A DNA stretch of 64,000 nucleotides, taken from the NCBI GenBank assembly GCA_035540715.1, contig DATLGA010000034.1, forward strand, positions 10,580 through 74,579, in the 5' to 3' direction. Shown one piece after another: positions 7,567 through 17,192 of the stretch. This stretch comes from Candidatus Limnocylindrales bacterium. Lineage in GTDB: Bacteria > Chloroflexota > Limnocylindria > QHBO01. The position numbers and the translations under genes were made by a program. Within the stretch, counting starts at the first letter, position 1. Every line of letters begins with the position of its first letter. The notes beneath the pieces are model-generated. The model made no database searches. It was not told the DNA's origin and worked only from the letters and a program-made list of their open reading frames with translations.

Positions 7567-8463
7567 ATGGTTTCTCTCGATCTCGGTCGCATCGGCGTCT
7601 GGGGCCATCTCGACACCCTCCCGATCGACGATGCCCGCGCGTACGCGGCGCGCGTCGAGAAGCTCGGCTACGGGACGCTGTGGGTGCCCGAGACGGTCGG
7701 GCGCGAGCCGTTCACCTTCCTCGGGCTGCTGGCCGGCTCGACGAGCCGAATCGTCCTGGGGACGAGCATCGTCGGGATCTGGGGCCATGATGCGCAGGCG
7801 AGCCGGATGGCCGCGCTCACCCTGGCCGAGGCGACGGGCGGGCGGTTCGCCCTCGGGCTCGGGGTGAGCCACCCGCACCTGGCCGGCAAGCTCCGGGGCC
7901 ATCTCTTCGATCGTCCGCTGAGCCGGATGCGCGACTATCTCGCCGCCTACCGATCGGCCGTCTACAAGGGGCCGATGTCGGAGGGACTCGCCGAGCCCCC
8001 CGTCCTCGTCGCCGCCCTCCGCGACCGCATGACCGATCTCGCCGCCACCGCCGCCGACGGCGCCTTCCCGTACCTCGTGACCGCGCGGCGAGTCGCCTGG
8101 ATGCGCGACCGTCTCGATGCGGCGACCACCGATCGCCGGCCGATCCTGGCCGTCACCCTCCCGTCGGTCCTCGGGAGCGGCGCACCGTCCGATCGCGAGG
8201 CGGCCCGGGCCTACCTCAGGCCGTACCTGCGCACGCCCACGTACCACGCCTCGTGGGAGCTTCAGGGCTTCGATCCGGCCGACTGGGAGGCGCCGGGGAG
8301 CGACCGCCTCGTCGACGCGATGGTCGCGATCGGGCAGGGCGTTGACCTGCGGGCCCGAGTCGAGGAGCTGCACGCCGCCGGTGCGGACCACGTCGCGGTC
8401 ATCCCGCTGGCGCCCGACGGCACGACGGAGCACGTGCCGGTACTCGACGCCCTGGCTGACTGA
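7567..8463 (+). CDS. LLM-class (luciferase-like) F420-dependent oxidoreductase
   Basis: 298 aa with GRIGVWGHLD...LGYGTLWVPE...RFALGLGVSH, typical of the TIGR03620-like LLM family. TAGCAT lies 6 nt upstream of the ATG, so the start looks leaderless. Confidence 0.85.
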   Translation: MVSLDLGRIGVWGHLDTLPIDDARAYAARVEKLGYGTLWVPETVGREPFTFLGLLAGSTSRIVLGTSIVGIWGHDAQASRMAALTLAEATGGRFALGLGVSHPHLAGKLRGHLFDRPLSRMRDYLAAYRSAVYKGPMSEGLAEPPVLVAALRDRMTDLAATAADGAFPYLVTARRVAWMRDRLDAATTDRRPILAVTLPSVLGSGAPSDREAARAYLRPYLRTPTYHASWELQGFDPADWEAPGSDRLVDAMVAIGQGVDLRARVEELHAAGADHVAVIPLAPDGTTEHVPVLDALAD

Positions 8464-8464
8464 G

Positions 8465-9328
8465 ATGCGGCCTCACCCAGCCGCGCGGCTGACCGGGGTG
8501 GTGGCCGTTGCGATGCTCGCCGCGGCCTGCAGCACCGCTCCGGTTTCGCCCAGCGAGCCGCCGACCGGCCAGGCCGTGGCGTCACCGAGCCCGTCGTCGG
8601 CCGTTCGATCGACGCCGCGGCCGGAGCGCCGCGGGCCCGAACACCTGGCCGACGCGCCGCTGGCACGGCCGGGGCAGCCGGCCCTGTTGGTTCGCTACGA
8701 GGCCGCGCTCGTGGCCGACCACTGTGTCGACCGCGACCTCCCTGCTCCGCCGGCCCGGGACATCGTCCTCACCGTCCTCGACCGGACCTACGCCCTGAGC
8801 GCGTCGTACGAGCCGAACGACCTCGTGCCCGCCTCCGCGGCCGGCCTGACCGGGAGCTCGGGGACCAAGCTGGTGCGGGCCGTCCTGGTCGACGACCTCG
8901 CCGCGATGAAGGCGGCCTGGGACGCCGCCGGCCTGACGATCGTCGTGGAGTCGGCGTATCGGTCATACGACGCCCAGTCGGCCACCTTCGACAGCTGGGT
9001 GGCACGCGTCGGGTATGCCGAGGCGGTCCTGCGCAGTGCCCGTCCCGGGCACTCGGAGCACCAGCTCGGCACCGCGATCGACGTGACCTCGCCGGGCTGG
9101 GGCGGTCGGTTCGGGGACTGGGCACGCGAGACGCCCGAGGGCGCGTGGATGGCCGATCACGGGTGGGAATATGGCTTCGTGATGAGCTATCCATGGGGCT
9201 CCCAGGGGTCGACCTGCTTCAGCTACGAGCCGTGGCACTACCGTTGGATCGGCCGCGAGGCGGCCGCCGAGCATCGGGCCAGCGGCCTGTATCTGCGGCA
9301 GTACCTCGAGCGTCACATCGATGGCTGA
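8465..9328 (+). CDS. M15B (VanY-type) D-alanyl-D-alanine carboxypeptidase lipoprotein
   Basis: Lipobox LAAAC/S. Zn-peptidase motifs SAYRSYDAQ...PGHSEHQLGTAIDV...EPWHYRW. The start is taken at ATG 8465, in frame within track ORF 8117..9328. Confidence 0.85.
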   Translation: MRPHPAARLTGVVAVAMLAAACSTAPVSPSEPPTGQAVASPSPSSAVRSTPRPERRGPEHLADAPLARPGQPALLVRYEAALVADHCVDRDLPAPPARDIVLTVLDRTYALSASYEPNDLVPASAAGLTGSSGTKLVRAVLVDDLAAMKAAWDAAGLTIVVESAYRSYDAQSATFDSWVARVGYAEAVLRSARPGHSEHQLGTAIDVTSPGWGGRFGDWARETPEGAWMADHGWEYGFVMSYPWGSQGSTCFSYEPWHYRWIGREAAAEHRASGLYLRQYLERHIDG

Positions 9329-10610
9329 CGGACCGCGCGCCATCCTCCGCGCGTCGCGGGCGGCCGCCGCCCTGGACCCGACGGCCGTCCCCGCCCTCAG
9401 GCGGCGGATGCTGTGGACGCTGTTCGCCATCTCGGCGCTCGGCAGCACCGGCTACATCGCGGCCATCACGGTCGGCACCCTCGTCGCGGCGGAGATCCGC
9501 GGTGACGCCACGCTCGGTGGCGTCCCCACCGCCGCGGCCACGATCGGGACGGCGGCGGCGGCCGGATTCCTCTCCGGCCTCATGCTCCGCGTCGGGCGGC
9601 GAGCCGGCATTCTCGGTGGCCTGGCCGTCGGCGTGATCGGCGCCCTGCTGGCGGTCGTCGCGGTGATCACGCAGATGATCGTGCTGCTTCTCGTGGCAAG
9701 CGCGCTCACCGGCTTCGCGAACGGCGTCGGGAACCTGGGCCGATACGTCGCGGGCGACCTCGTGCCGCCGGAGCGTCGTGCTACGGCGATCGGGACCGTC
9801 GTCTGGGGATCGACGGTCGGGGCGGTCAGCGGACCGAACCTCGTCGCGCCGGCCGGCGCGCTGGCCGTCGCCGCGGGCCTCCCGGAGCTGGCCGGCGCCT
9901 ACCTGCTGACCCTGGGGTTCATCGGCCTTGCGCTCCTGCTCGCCTACGTGCTGCTGCGGCCGGAACCGTATGCGCTGGCCGACCCGTCGGCCCTCGTCAT
10001 GCGCCCCGACGACGAGGCCGCACCGGCGGCGGGCGAGCTGCTCCGGCGCGTGCCGGTCCTCGTCGCTCTCGTGACCCTGGTGGCGGGGCAGGTCGTCATG
10101 GTCCTGATCATGACGATGACGCCGATCCATCTCCGCGATCACGGCCACGGGCTGGCGACCGTCGGCCTGGTGCTCTCGGCGCATACGTTCGGGATGTTCG
10201 CCCTCTCCCCGGTCTCCGGGCGACTGACCGATCGGTTCGGCAGCCCGGCGATCATCGGCGGCGGGCTCGCGACGCTCGCCGTCGCCGCGCTCATGGCGGC
10301 CCTGGCGCCGCCCGACGGCGGGATCGTCCTCACGCTCGCGCTGTTCCTCCTCGGGTACGGCTGGAACCTGGGGTTCGTGGCAGGATCGGCGTTGCTCACG
10401 CGCGGCCTCGCGCTCGGCGAGCGCACGCGCGTGCAGGGCATCGCCGATGGGATGGTGTGGTCGTCGGCGGCCGTTGCCAGCCTGTCGTCCGGCGTCGTCG
10501 TCGCCGGGGCGTCGTACACGGCCCTCGGGCTGCTCGGCGTGGCGCTCCTCGTCCCGGCCGCCGTCCTGCTGCTGCTTCGCCGCTCGTCGGTGGCGATGGC
10601 GACCGCCTGA
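9321..10610 (+). CDS. MFS transporter
   Basis: 429 aa with about 12 predicted TM helices. It overlaps the upstream stop by 8 nt. Confidence 0.85.
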   Translation: MADGPRAILRASRAAAALDPTAVPALRRRMLWTLFAISALGSTGYIAAITVGTLVAAEIRGDATLGGVPTAAATIGTAAAAGFLSGLMLRVGRRAGILGGLAVGVIGALLAVVAVITQMIVLLLVASALTGFANGVGNLGRYVAGDLVPPERRATAIGTVVWGSTVGAVSGPNLVAPAGALAVAAGLPELAGAYLLTLGFIGLALLLAYVLLRPEPYALADPSALVMRPDDEAAPAAGELLRRVPVLVALVTLVAGQVVMVLIMTMTPIHLRDHGHGLATVGLVLSAHTFGMFALSPVSGRLTDRFGSPAIIGGGLATLAVAALMAALAPPDGGIVLTLALFLLGYGWNLGFVAGSALLTRGLALGERTRVQGIADGMVWSSAAVASLSSGVVVAGASYTALGLLGVALLVPAAVLLLLRRSSVAMATA

Positions 10611-10636
10611 CCCGATGATCCGGGCCTTCCCGAAAT

Positions 10637-10650
10637 AGAACGTTCGTTCT
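10637..10650. promoter_or_regulatory. LexA (Cheo/SOS) box upstream of dnaE2
   Basis: AGAACGTTCGTTCT contains GAAC-N4-GTTC. It is followed by the same GTTCTATCATCGG module as at imuA. TATCAT 10650..10655 lies 9 nt before ATG 10665. Confidence 0.75.
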
Positions 10651-10664
10651 ATCATCGGCGACCG

Positions 10665-13600
10665 ATGGGCACGCCGAACGAGCGCTACTGCGAGCTTCAT
10701 GCGCATTCCAACTTCAGCTTCCTCGACGGCGCGAGCCATCCCGAGGAGCTGATCGCGCGGGCCGCGCAGCTCGGCATCCCGGCGCTTGCCATCACCGATC
10801 ACGCCGGCCTGTACGCCGCGGTCCGCGCCTGGAAGGCGGCACAGGAGACCGAGACCGATGCCGCCCGCGAGGCGGGGCTTCGGCCCGTGCGCCCGATCAT
10901 CGGGCTGGAGATCGCCATCCCGCGCACGACCGAGGACGTCGATCGGGCGCGTCGCGGCCGCAAGCTCAACGATCCACTGCGCGGCGCGAAGGCGAGCCGC
11001 GGCTGGCCTGGCGAGTTCCACGCCGGCCCGAATCCCGGCGACCATCTCGTCCTGCTGGCACGTGACGTCGATGGCTACACCGCACTCTCGCGACTGGCGA
11101 GTCACGGGCACCTGGCCGGCGAGAAGGGCTTCCCCGTTTTCGAGCGCGCCGTCGTCGCCGAGGCGCTCGACGAGGCGCGGGGACACCTCGTCGGGCTGAC
11201 CGGCTGCCGCAACGGGCTCGTCCCGCGTCTCGTCCTCGCCGGCGACCCAGTGGCCGCTCTCCACGCCGCGCGGACGTGGGCACGCCACTTCGCCGACGGC
11301 GACTTCGCGGTCGAGCTCAGCCATCATCTCGGACTCGACGACGACTGGCTCGTCGCGGAGCTCGCCGGGCTGGCGGGCGAAGCCGGTCTGCCGACGGTGG
11401 TCACCAACGAGGTCCATTACGCCGATCCGGCCGGGCACCGGCTCCAGGACGTGCTCGTCTGCATCCGCCATGGCGCCACGCTCGAGGAGGCCCGGGAGCT
11501 GCTCCTTCCGAACGCCGAGTACCGGCTCAAGTCGAGTGCGGAGCTCGCGGCGTTGGGGGCGGCATTGCCCGACGAGCGGAGCCGTCGTGCCTGGGAGGCC
11601 GGCATGGCGCACAGTGCCGCCATCGGCGAGGCCTGCCGGCTCGAGCTCGGCTTCGAGCGCTATCGGTTTCCAGGGTTCACCGTGCCGAAGGGGGAGACCG
11701 CGTTCTCATATCTCTACCAGCTTGCCCATGACGGCTTACTGCACCGTTACCGGCCGGTTACCAGGCACGCGCTCCAGCAGCTGACCCACGAGCTCGACAT
11801 CATCGAGCGCACGAACCTCGCCGAGTTCTTCCTCATCGTGTGGGACCTCATGGAGTTCGCGCGCAAGGCCGGGATCGTCGGCCAGGGGCGGGGGAGCGCC
11901 GGCGACTCGATCGTGGCCTACTGTCTGGGCATCACGAAGGTCGACCCGATCGAGCACAAGCTCCTCTTCGAGCGCTTCATCAACGAGGCCCGCGCGCTGC
12001 CCGACATCGACATCGACTTCGACGTCAACCGGCGCGAGGAGGTGATCCAGTACCTCTACACCCGCTACGGCGCCGACCACGCGGCCATGGTCTGCACCGT
12101 CGTCACGTATCGGGCTCGAAGCGCCGTCCGGGAGGTGGCGAAGGCGCTCGGCTTCCCGGCCGAGGGGATCGACTCGCTGGCCAAGGCGCTGGATACGCGC
12201 GACGCTACCGATGTCGCGCGCGACCTGGCCCTGGACGGCAGCTTCGCGTGGCTGTTCACCGAGCTCGGGATCGACATGGCCGATGCAGCCGTCCCGCCGG
12301 GGCGCGACGGTCGTGCCGGCTCGGGCCACGTGCATCCGGCCTCGGATTCCTCGTGGAACGCGCGGCCACGGCCGGCGCTCGATCCGCGTCCGGTCAGCGA
12401 GGGCGGCTGGGTTCCACCGATGCGCCCGCGCGTGCTCGACGCATCGGTCACGACGGTGAAGCACGAGTCGGCGTCGACGAAACGCTATGCCCGATCCGGC
12501 GAGCTGGCCGGTGCCGAGCTGCGGCTGCCGGCGCCACGCGACAATGGCTCGCCGGGACCATCGGGCGGTCGACCGTCGGTCGTGCGCCTCGACGCGGAGA
12601 GCGGGATGCCGGTCGAGGAACGGCGGCGGGTGCGGGTCGTGCCCGAGCCGAAGCGCGGAGTTGCCCCACAGCGAAGCTATCGGCCACGTTGGGGCGAGGT
12701 CGGCCCCCTGCATGATCGAGATTTGCGCTCCGGAGCAACGGATGACCAAGATGCCGTTCGAAGTTGGCCGTTAGCTCCGCTCCCGGGCAACTTGCGTGAT
12801 GCGCAATCGGTGGTCGTGCATCACGCCCCGCGCAACCGATGGCAATGGCTCCTGCAGCTTTGTGCCGAGATCGACGGCTTCCCGCGCCACCTCGGCATCC
12901 ACGTCGGCGGCATGCTCGTCACCCGCACCCCCCTGATCGACCTCGTCCCGATCGAGCGCGCCACGATGCCGAACCGCGTCGTCACCCAGTACGACAAGGA
13001 GGACGTCGAGCAGCTCGGCCTCGTGAAGATCGACCTGCTGAGCCTGCGCACGCTCGGTGTCGTCAGCGACGCCCTCGACCGGATCCAACGCGACACGGGA
13101 CGCAGGATCGAGCTCGACGAGCTGCCGCACGACGACCCCGAGGTGTATCGGTCCATCCAGGCGGCCGACACGGTGGGCATGTTCCAGATCGAGAGCCGCG
13201 CCCAGATGCAGTCGCTCCCCAAGGCGCGCCCCGAGCGCTTCGAGGATCTCGTGGTCCAGGTCGCGATCATCCGGCCCGGCCCGGTCCAGGGCAACGCGGT
13301 CCACCCGTACCTTCGACGAAGAGCCGGCGAGGAGCCCGTCACCTACGCCCACCCCTCCCTGAAGCCGATCCTCGAGGACACCCTCGGCGTGATCCTCTAC
13401 CAGGAGCAGGTGATGCAGGTCGCGATCGAGGTCTGCGGCTACACCGCGGTCGAGGCCGACATCTTCCGCAAGGCGATGGGCAGCCACCGCAGCCACGCCA
13501 AGATGCAGGCCGAGCGGGGCCGCTTCGTCGGCGGCGCCATCCGCACCGGCCTGACGGCGCAGGACGCGGAGGAGCTGTTCCAGAAGTGCAGCGCCTTCGC

Positions 13601-14588
13601 CGAGTTCGGCTTCGCCCGCGCCCACGCCGCGGCCTTCGCGAAGATCAGCTACGACACCGCCTGGCTGAAGCGCTACTGGCCGGCGCACTACACCGCCGGC
13701 GTGCTGAACAACCAGCCGATGGGCTTCTACTCGCCGGCCGTCGTCATCAACGACGCCAAGCGCCACGGCATCCGGGTCCTGCCGATCGACGTCAACGAGT
13801 CCGCCTGGGAGCACGACACCCGGCCCGATCCCGACAGCGCCTCCGGCTGGGCCATCCGCCTCGGCCTGCGCCAGGTCAAGGGCATCGACGAGCGCGCCCG
13901 GGAGACCCTCGAGGCCGAACGGGAGCGCGGCCCCTACACGTCCGTCCGCGACTTCGTCGCCCGCACCGGCCTGGGCGAGCAGGTCGTCGAGCGGCTCATC
14001 AGCATCGGTGCGTTCGACTGGACCGATGCGCCCCGCCGCGATCTCCTCTGGCAGCTGCGCTCGATCCTGGCCGACGCTGATCCCGATCGGCCCGCCCTGG
14101 GCCTGACCGATGACGCCCAGCGGTCGCTGGGCGCCTCCCTGCCGCCGATGACCGACGCCGACAAGGTGGCGGCCGACTACCGCGACACCGGCGTGAGCCC
14201 GCACCTCCACGCCGTCGAGCTGTTCCGCGAGCGGCTCACGTCACGCGGTGTCATCAGCGTTGCCGATGCGGCCCGCCGGCGCGATCGGTCCATGATCCGG
14301 CTCGCCGGTCTGGCAGTCAGCGTCCAGCACCCGATGACCGCGAAGAACTTCGTGTTCATCGCGCTCGAGGACGAGACGGGGATGATCAACGTCACGCTGC
14401 GGCCGAAGGTCTACCAGGCGCACCGGGCGCTGCTCCACCGTCATCCGCTGCTCGTCATCGACGGGCGGCTCCAGGTCGAGGGCAGCGTGCTGAACGTGGT
14501 CGCCACCCGGCTGCGATCCGTCGACGACATGCTCGACGGGCCGCCGGAACGTTTCGACCTCGCAAAGCAGCAGCGGATGTTCCGCTGA
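10665..14588 (+). CDS. dnaE2: error-prone DNA polymerase DnaE2 (ImuC), with a ~190-aa internal insertion
   Basis: PHP domain YCELHAHSNFSFLDGAS. Pol III alpha core GFPRHLGIHVGGMLV...GLVKIDLLSLRTL...MFQIESRAQM. C-terminal OB region. At 1307 aa it is longer than the usual ~1030-1100 aa. It has a LexA box upstream. Confidence 0.95.
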   Translation: MGTPNERYCELHAHSNFSFLDGASHPEELIARAAQLGIPALAITDHAGLYAAVRAWKAAQETETDAAREAGLRPVRPIIGLEIAIPRTTEDVDRARRGRKLNDPLRGAKASRGWPGEFHAGPNPGDHLVLLARDVDGYTALSRLASHGHLAGEKGFPVFERAVVAEALDEARGHLVGLTGCRNGLVPRLVLAGDPVAALHAARTWARHFADGDFAVELSHHLGLDDDWLVAELAGLAGEAGLPTVVTNEVHYADPAGHRLQDVLVCIRHGATLEEARELLLPNAEYRLKSSAELAALGAALPDERSRRAWEAGMAHSAAIGEACRLELGFERYRFPGFTVPKGETAFSYLYQLAHDGLLHRYRPVTRHALQQLTHELDIIERTNLAEFFLIVWDLMEFARKAGIVGQGRGSAGDSIVAYCLGITKVDPIEHKLLFERFINEARALPDIDIDFDVNRREEVIQYLYTRYGADHAAMVCTVVTYRARSAVREVAKALGFPAEGIDSLAKALDTRDATDVARDLALDGSFAWLFTELGIDMADAAVPPGRDGRAGSGHVHPASDSSWNARPRPALDPRPVSEGGWVPPMRPRVLDASVTTVKHESASTKRYARSGELAGAELRLPAPRDNGSPGPSGGRPSVVRLDAESGMPVEERRRVRVVPEPKRGVAPQRSYRPRWGEVGPLHDRDLRSGATDDQDAVRSWPLAPLPGNLRDAQSVVVHHAPRNRWQWLLQLCAEIDGFPRHLGIHVGGMLVTRTPLIDLVPIERATMPNRVVTQYDKEDVEQLGLVKIDLLSLRTLGVVSDALDRIQRDTGRRIELDELPHDDPEVYRSIQAADTVGMFQIESRAQMQSLPKARPERFEDLVVQVAIIRPGPVQGNAVHPYLRRRAGEEPVTYAHPSLKPILEDTLGVILYQEQVMQVAIEVCGYTAVEADIFRKAMGSHRSHAKMQAERGRFVGGAIRTGLTAQDAEELFQKCSAFAEFGFARAHAAAFAKISYDTAWLKRYWPAHYTAGVLNNQPMGFYSPAVVINDAKRHGIRVLPIDVNESAWEHDTRPDPDSASGWAIRLGLRQVKGIDERARETLEAERERGPYTSVRDFVARTGLGEQVVERLISIGAFDWTDAPRRDLLWQLRSILADADPDRPALGLTDDAQRSLGASLPPMTDADKVAADYRDTGVSPHLHAVELFRERLTSRGVISVADAARRRDRSMIRLAGLAVSVQHPMTAKNFVFIALEDETGMINVTLRPKVYQAHRALLHRHPLLVIDGRLQVEGSVLNVVATRLRSVDDMLDGPPERFDLAKQQRMFR

Positions 14589-14598
14589 TGGTCCGCGC

Positions 14599-14958
14599 TC
14601 AGCCCTCGCCCCAGTCCTCGTCGAAGTCGACGAGCACGGCCGGCTCGTCACCGACCACCGAAGCGAGATGGCCGGGCTGGATGTCGAGGTACGAGCCCGC
14701 ATCGGCCTCGACCACCTCGCCGGTCTCGACGACCTCGTAGCGGATCCGACCGGACACGACGTACTCGCGGTGGTGAAGCGGACAGTTCTCGAGGCCCTCG
14801 GCCTGCGGCTTGATGTCCTCCATCCAGCTCCAGCCGGGCTGGAGGATCGAGCGGACCACCATCACGCCACCGACGTTGAGGATCTCCGATCGGCCCCGAT
14901 CTCCGAACTCCCACGTATCGTCCGGCTCATCGAAGCGCCGGACCTCCACGCCTGCCAT
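14599..14958 (-). CDS. cupin domain protein
   Basis: 119 aa starting MAGVEVRRFDEPDDTWEF, with a cupin-like beta-barrel (PLHHREYVVSGRIRYEV...GSYLDIQPGH). GGAGGG lies 4 nt upstream of ATG 14958. An alternative start is 14988. The track start at 15426 was rejected. Confidence 0.75.
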   Translation of the reverse strand: MAGVEVRRFDEPDDTWEFGDRGRSEILNVGGVMVVRSILQPGWSWMEDIKPQAEGLENCPLHHREYVVSGRIRYEVVETGEVVEADAGSYLDIQPGHLASVVGDEPAVLVDFDEDWGEG

Positions 14959-15069
14959 GACGCCCTCCGTCTGCGGTTGGATCATCATCGGGCCACGTCC
15001 ACCCCCCCGTCCAGCCCGCTTGACGGCGACGTCGCAACATCGCACGCTCGCGGCCGACAGGAGGGACCG

Positions 15070-15603
15070 ATGCTCCACGGTGACCGCATCACGCTGCGAC
15101 CCGTCCGCGAGGCCGATCTCGACGTGTTGTACGACGCTCATGCCGACATCCGGACGCGAGGTGCCTTCTTTCCGCTCGGCGTGATGTCCGAGACTCGCTT
15201 CCGGAGGGAGTTCGGGGAGCACGGCTTCTGGCAGAAGGACGAGGGGATGCTGCTCATCACCACCTCCGAGGGCCAGATCGCGGGACACATCGAGTTCTTC
15301 CGGCCCGTGAGCTACTGGGACGCCTGGGAGCTCTCCTACCAGCTCTACGACGACGCCTTCGCGGGGCATGGGTACGTCAGCGAAGCCGTCCGGCTCCTGG
15401 TCGACTACCTCTTCGCCACGAAACATCCCGGCCGGATCCAGCTCGTCATCGTCCCGGAGAATGTCGCATCACGGCGGATCGCCGAGAAGTGCGGCTTCAC
15501 GCTCGAGGGAACCGCGCGTGGCGCGTTCTTCAACGACGGCCGCAGCCAGGATGTCCTGCTCTACTCGCTCCTGCGACAGGATCCGCGTCCCTGGCGGGGC
15601 TGA
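15070..15603 (+). CDS. GNAT family N-acetyltransferase (RimJ/RimL-like)
   Basis: 177 aa with ITLRPVREADLDVLY...GHGYVSEAVRLLVDYLF...ENVASRRIAEKCGFTLEG. GGAGGG SD precedes ATG 15070. Confidence 0.85.
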   Translation: MLHGDRITLRPVREADLDVLYDAHADIRTRGAFFPLGVMSETRFRREFGEHGFWQKDEGMLLITTSEGQIAGHIEFFRPVSYWDAWELSYQLYDDAFAGHGYVSEAVRLLVDYLFATKHPGRIQLVIVPENVASRRIAEKCGFTLEGTARGAFFNDGRSQDVLLYSLLRQDPRPWRG

Positions 15604-15709
15604 GCCGAACCTAGCCTCCGGCCGGGAACCGAACCGACCGCGAGGGCGTCAGACCTCCACTGCTGCAGCATCGATCTCACGCTCGGACCCGTACATGGGA
15701 GGACGGTCG

Positions 15710-16768
15710 ATGCGACGTCCCTTGCTTTCACTCCTGGCGGCCACGGCCGCTCTGCTCGTCGGTGCGGCGCCGGCTCTTGCCTGCGGCGGTCTCATCGGCC
15801 CCAACGGCGCGGTCAACCTCCTGCGCACGACCACCTTCGCCGGGTATCACGACGGCGTCGAGCACTACGTCACCGCCTTCGAGTTCGCCGGTGGCGGCGG
15901 GGCGTTCGGGTCCATCACGCCGCTGCCGGGCATCCCGACCAGCGTCGAGCGCGGAGGAGACTGGACGCTCCAGCGTCTCGTCCGCGAGACCGATCCCCCG
16001 GACCTTCGCCTTGCGTTCGCCGAGGCGGCGGCCGGCAGCGCTGACGAGGCAGAGGTGCTGCTCGAGACGCGCATCGACGCGCTCGACATCACGATCCTGC
16101 GGGGCGGTGGCGACGAGGTCGGCCTGTGGGCCAAGAACCACGGCTTCCGCCTGCCGCCGGATGCGCCCGAGGTGCTCGACTTCTACGCGGACCGCAGCCC
16201 GATCTTCATGGCCGCCGCATTCGACGCCGACGCGGCTGCCGATCGGGGGCAGGCGATCGGAGACGGCACGCCCGTCCACCTGACCATTCCCACCGACAAC
16301 CCCTGGGTGCCGCTCCGCATCCTGGGGCTGGGGAAGGCCGCTGGCGAGCGAGTCGACGCCGACGTCTACCTCCTCACCGACATCGAGCCGGCCATGCTCC
16401 CGAGCCCCGGAGCCTTCGGTCGATCCGAGGGCCTCCAGCTCGACCACAGTGCCCCGGCCAGCGAGGCGCTCCTCGCCGACCTGCGCTCGGATGCGGGGAT
16501 GGAATGGGTGCCCGACGAGGCGTGGCTGACCAAGGTCGTGGTCGATGCCCGCGCCGGGGATCTCGGCTTCGACCTGGCGATCGACGCCTCCGGCGCAAAC
16601 AGGCCATCGGCGATCGACGCCGGCTACGCGCCGTTCACCGACCGCCCGGTGCCGCGTGCGCCCGTGGCGCTCTACCTCCTGGCGGCCGCCACCGCCATCG
16701 TTCTCGTTCCGCTGGCGCTCGTCCGTGCGGGCCGGCCCGCCGGCGGACGCCCGTTGGCCGGCGCGTGA
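15710..16768 (+). CDS. secreted/membrane-anchored DUF2330-like protein
   Basis: GGGAGGA SD. Signal peptide ending ALACGG, and a C-terminal TM (LYLLAAATAIVLVPLAL). The family assignment is from memory of DUF2330 N-termini and is tentative. Confidence 0.7.
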   Translation: MRRPLLSLLAATAALLVGAAPALACGGLIGPNGAVNLLRTTTFAGYHDGVEHYVTAFEFAGGGGAFGSITPLPGIPTSVERGGDWTLQRLVRETDPPDLRLAFAEAAAGSADEAEVLLETRIDALDITILRGGGDEVGLWAKNHGFRLPPDAPEVLDFYADRSPIFMAAAFDADAAADRGQAIGDGTPVHLTIPTDNPWVPLRILGLGKAAGERVDADVYLLTDIEPAMLPSPGAFGRSEGLQLDHSAPASEALLADLRSDAGMEWVPDEAWLTKVVVDARAGDLGFDLAIDASGANRPSAIDAGYAPFTDRPVPRAPVALYLLAAATAIVLVPLALVRAGRPAGGRPLAGA

Positions 16769-17169
16769 TGTTCCGACGCTCGTGGTCGACGTTCGCCGTG
16801 CTGGTCCTTGCCGCCACGGCGATCGTCGGCTGCGCGCCCGGCCCGCGGGAGATCACGATCACGATCCGCCACTCCGCCTTCGAGCCGCAGCGCATCACCG
16901 TGCCGCGGAACGTGCCGGTCACCTTCGTCCTCGTCAACGAGGATCCGATCGACCACGAGTGGCTCGTGGGAGACGCGGAATTCCACGCGCTCCATCGGAC
17001 CGGTACCCACGCGGCCCACGGGCACGCTGCGAACGAAATCACGATCCCGGCCCTCGAGACGGCCACAACGACGATCACCTTCGACGAGCCCGGAAGCGTT
17101 GCCTTCATTTGCCACCTGCCCGGCCACGAGGCGTACGGCATGGTCGGCGTTCTGACCGTCGAGGGTTGA
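16768..17169 (+). CDS. cupredoxin (plastocyanin/azurin-like) copper-binding lipoprotein
   Basis: Lipobox IVGC/A. Type-1 Cu ligand pattern H...CHLPGHEAYGM. The start overlaps the upstream stop (TGATG). Confidence 0.8.
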   Translation: MFRRSWSTFAVLVLAATAIVGCAPGPREITITIRHSAFEPQRITVPRNVPVTFVLVNEDPIDHEWLVGDAEFHALHRTGTHAAHGHAANEITIPALETATTTITFDEPGSVAFICHLPGHEAYGMVGVLTVEG

Positions 17170-17192
17170 CGCCGGTTCCTATACTCCGGCTC

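Noticed and set aside
12270-12835. An intein or self-splicing intron as the explanation for the DnaE2 insertion.
   Set aside because: The frame stays open. I see no intein N-terminal Cys/Ser block, no C-terminal His-Asn followed by Cys/Ser/Thr, and no homing-endonuclease motifs. The segment is too short and unstructured for a group II intron.
17166-17185. TTGACG plus TATACT as a -35/-10 pair for the small membrane gene.
   Set aside because: The spacer is only 8 nt, so only the TATACT hexamer is retained as a -10-like element.
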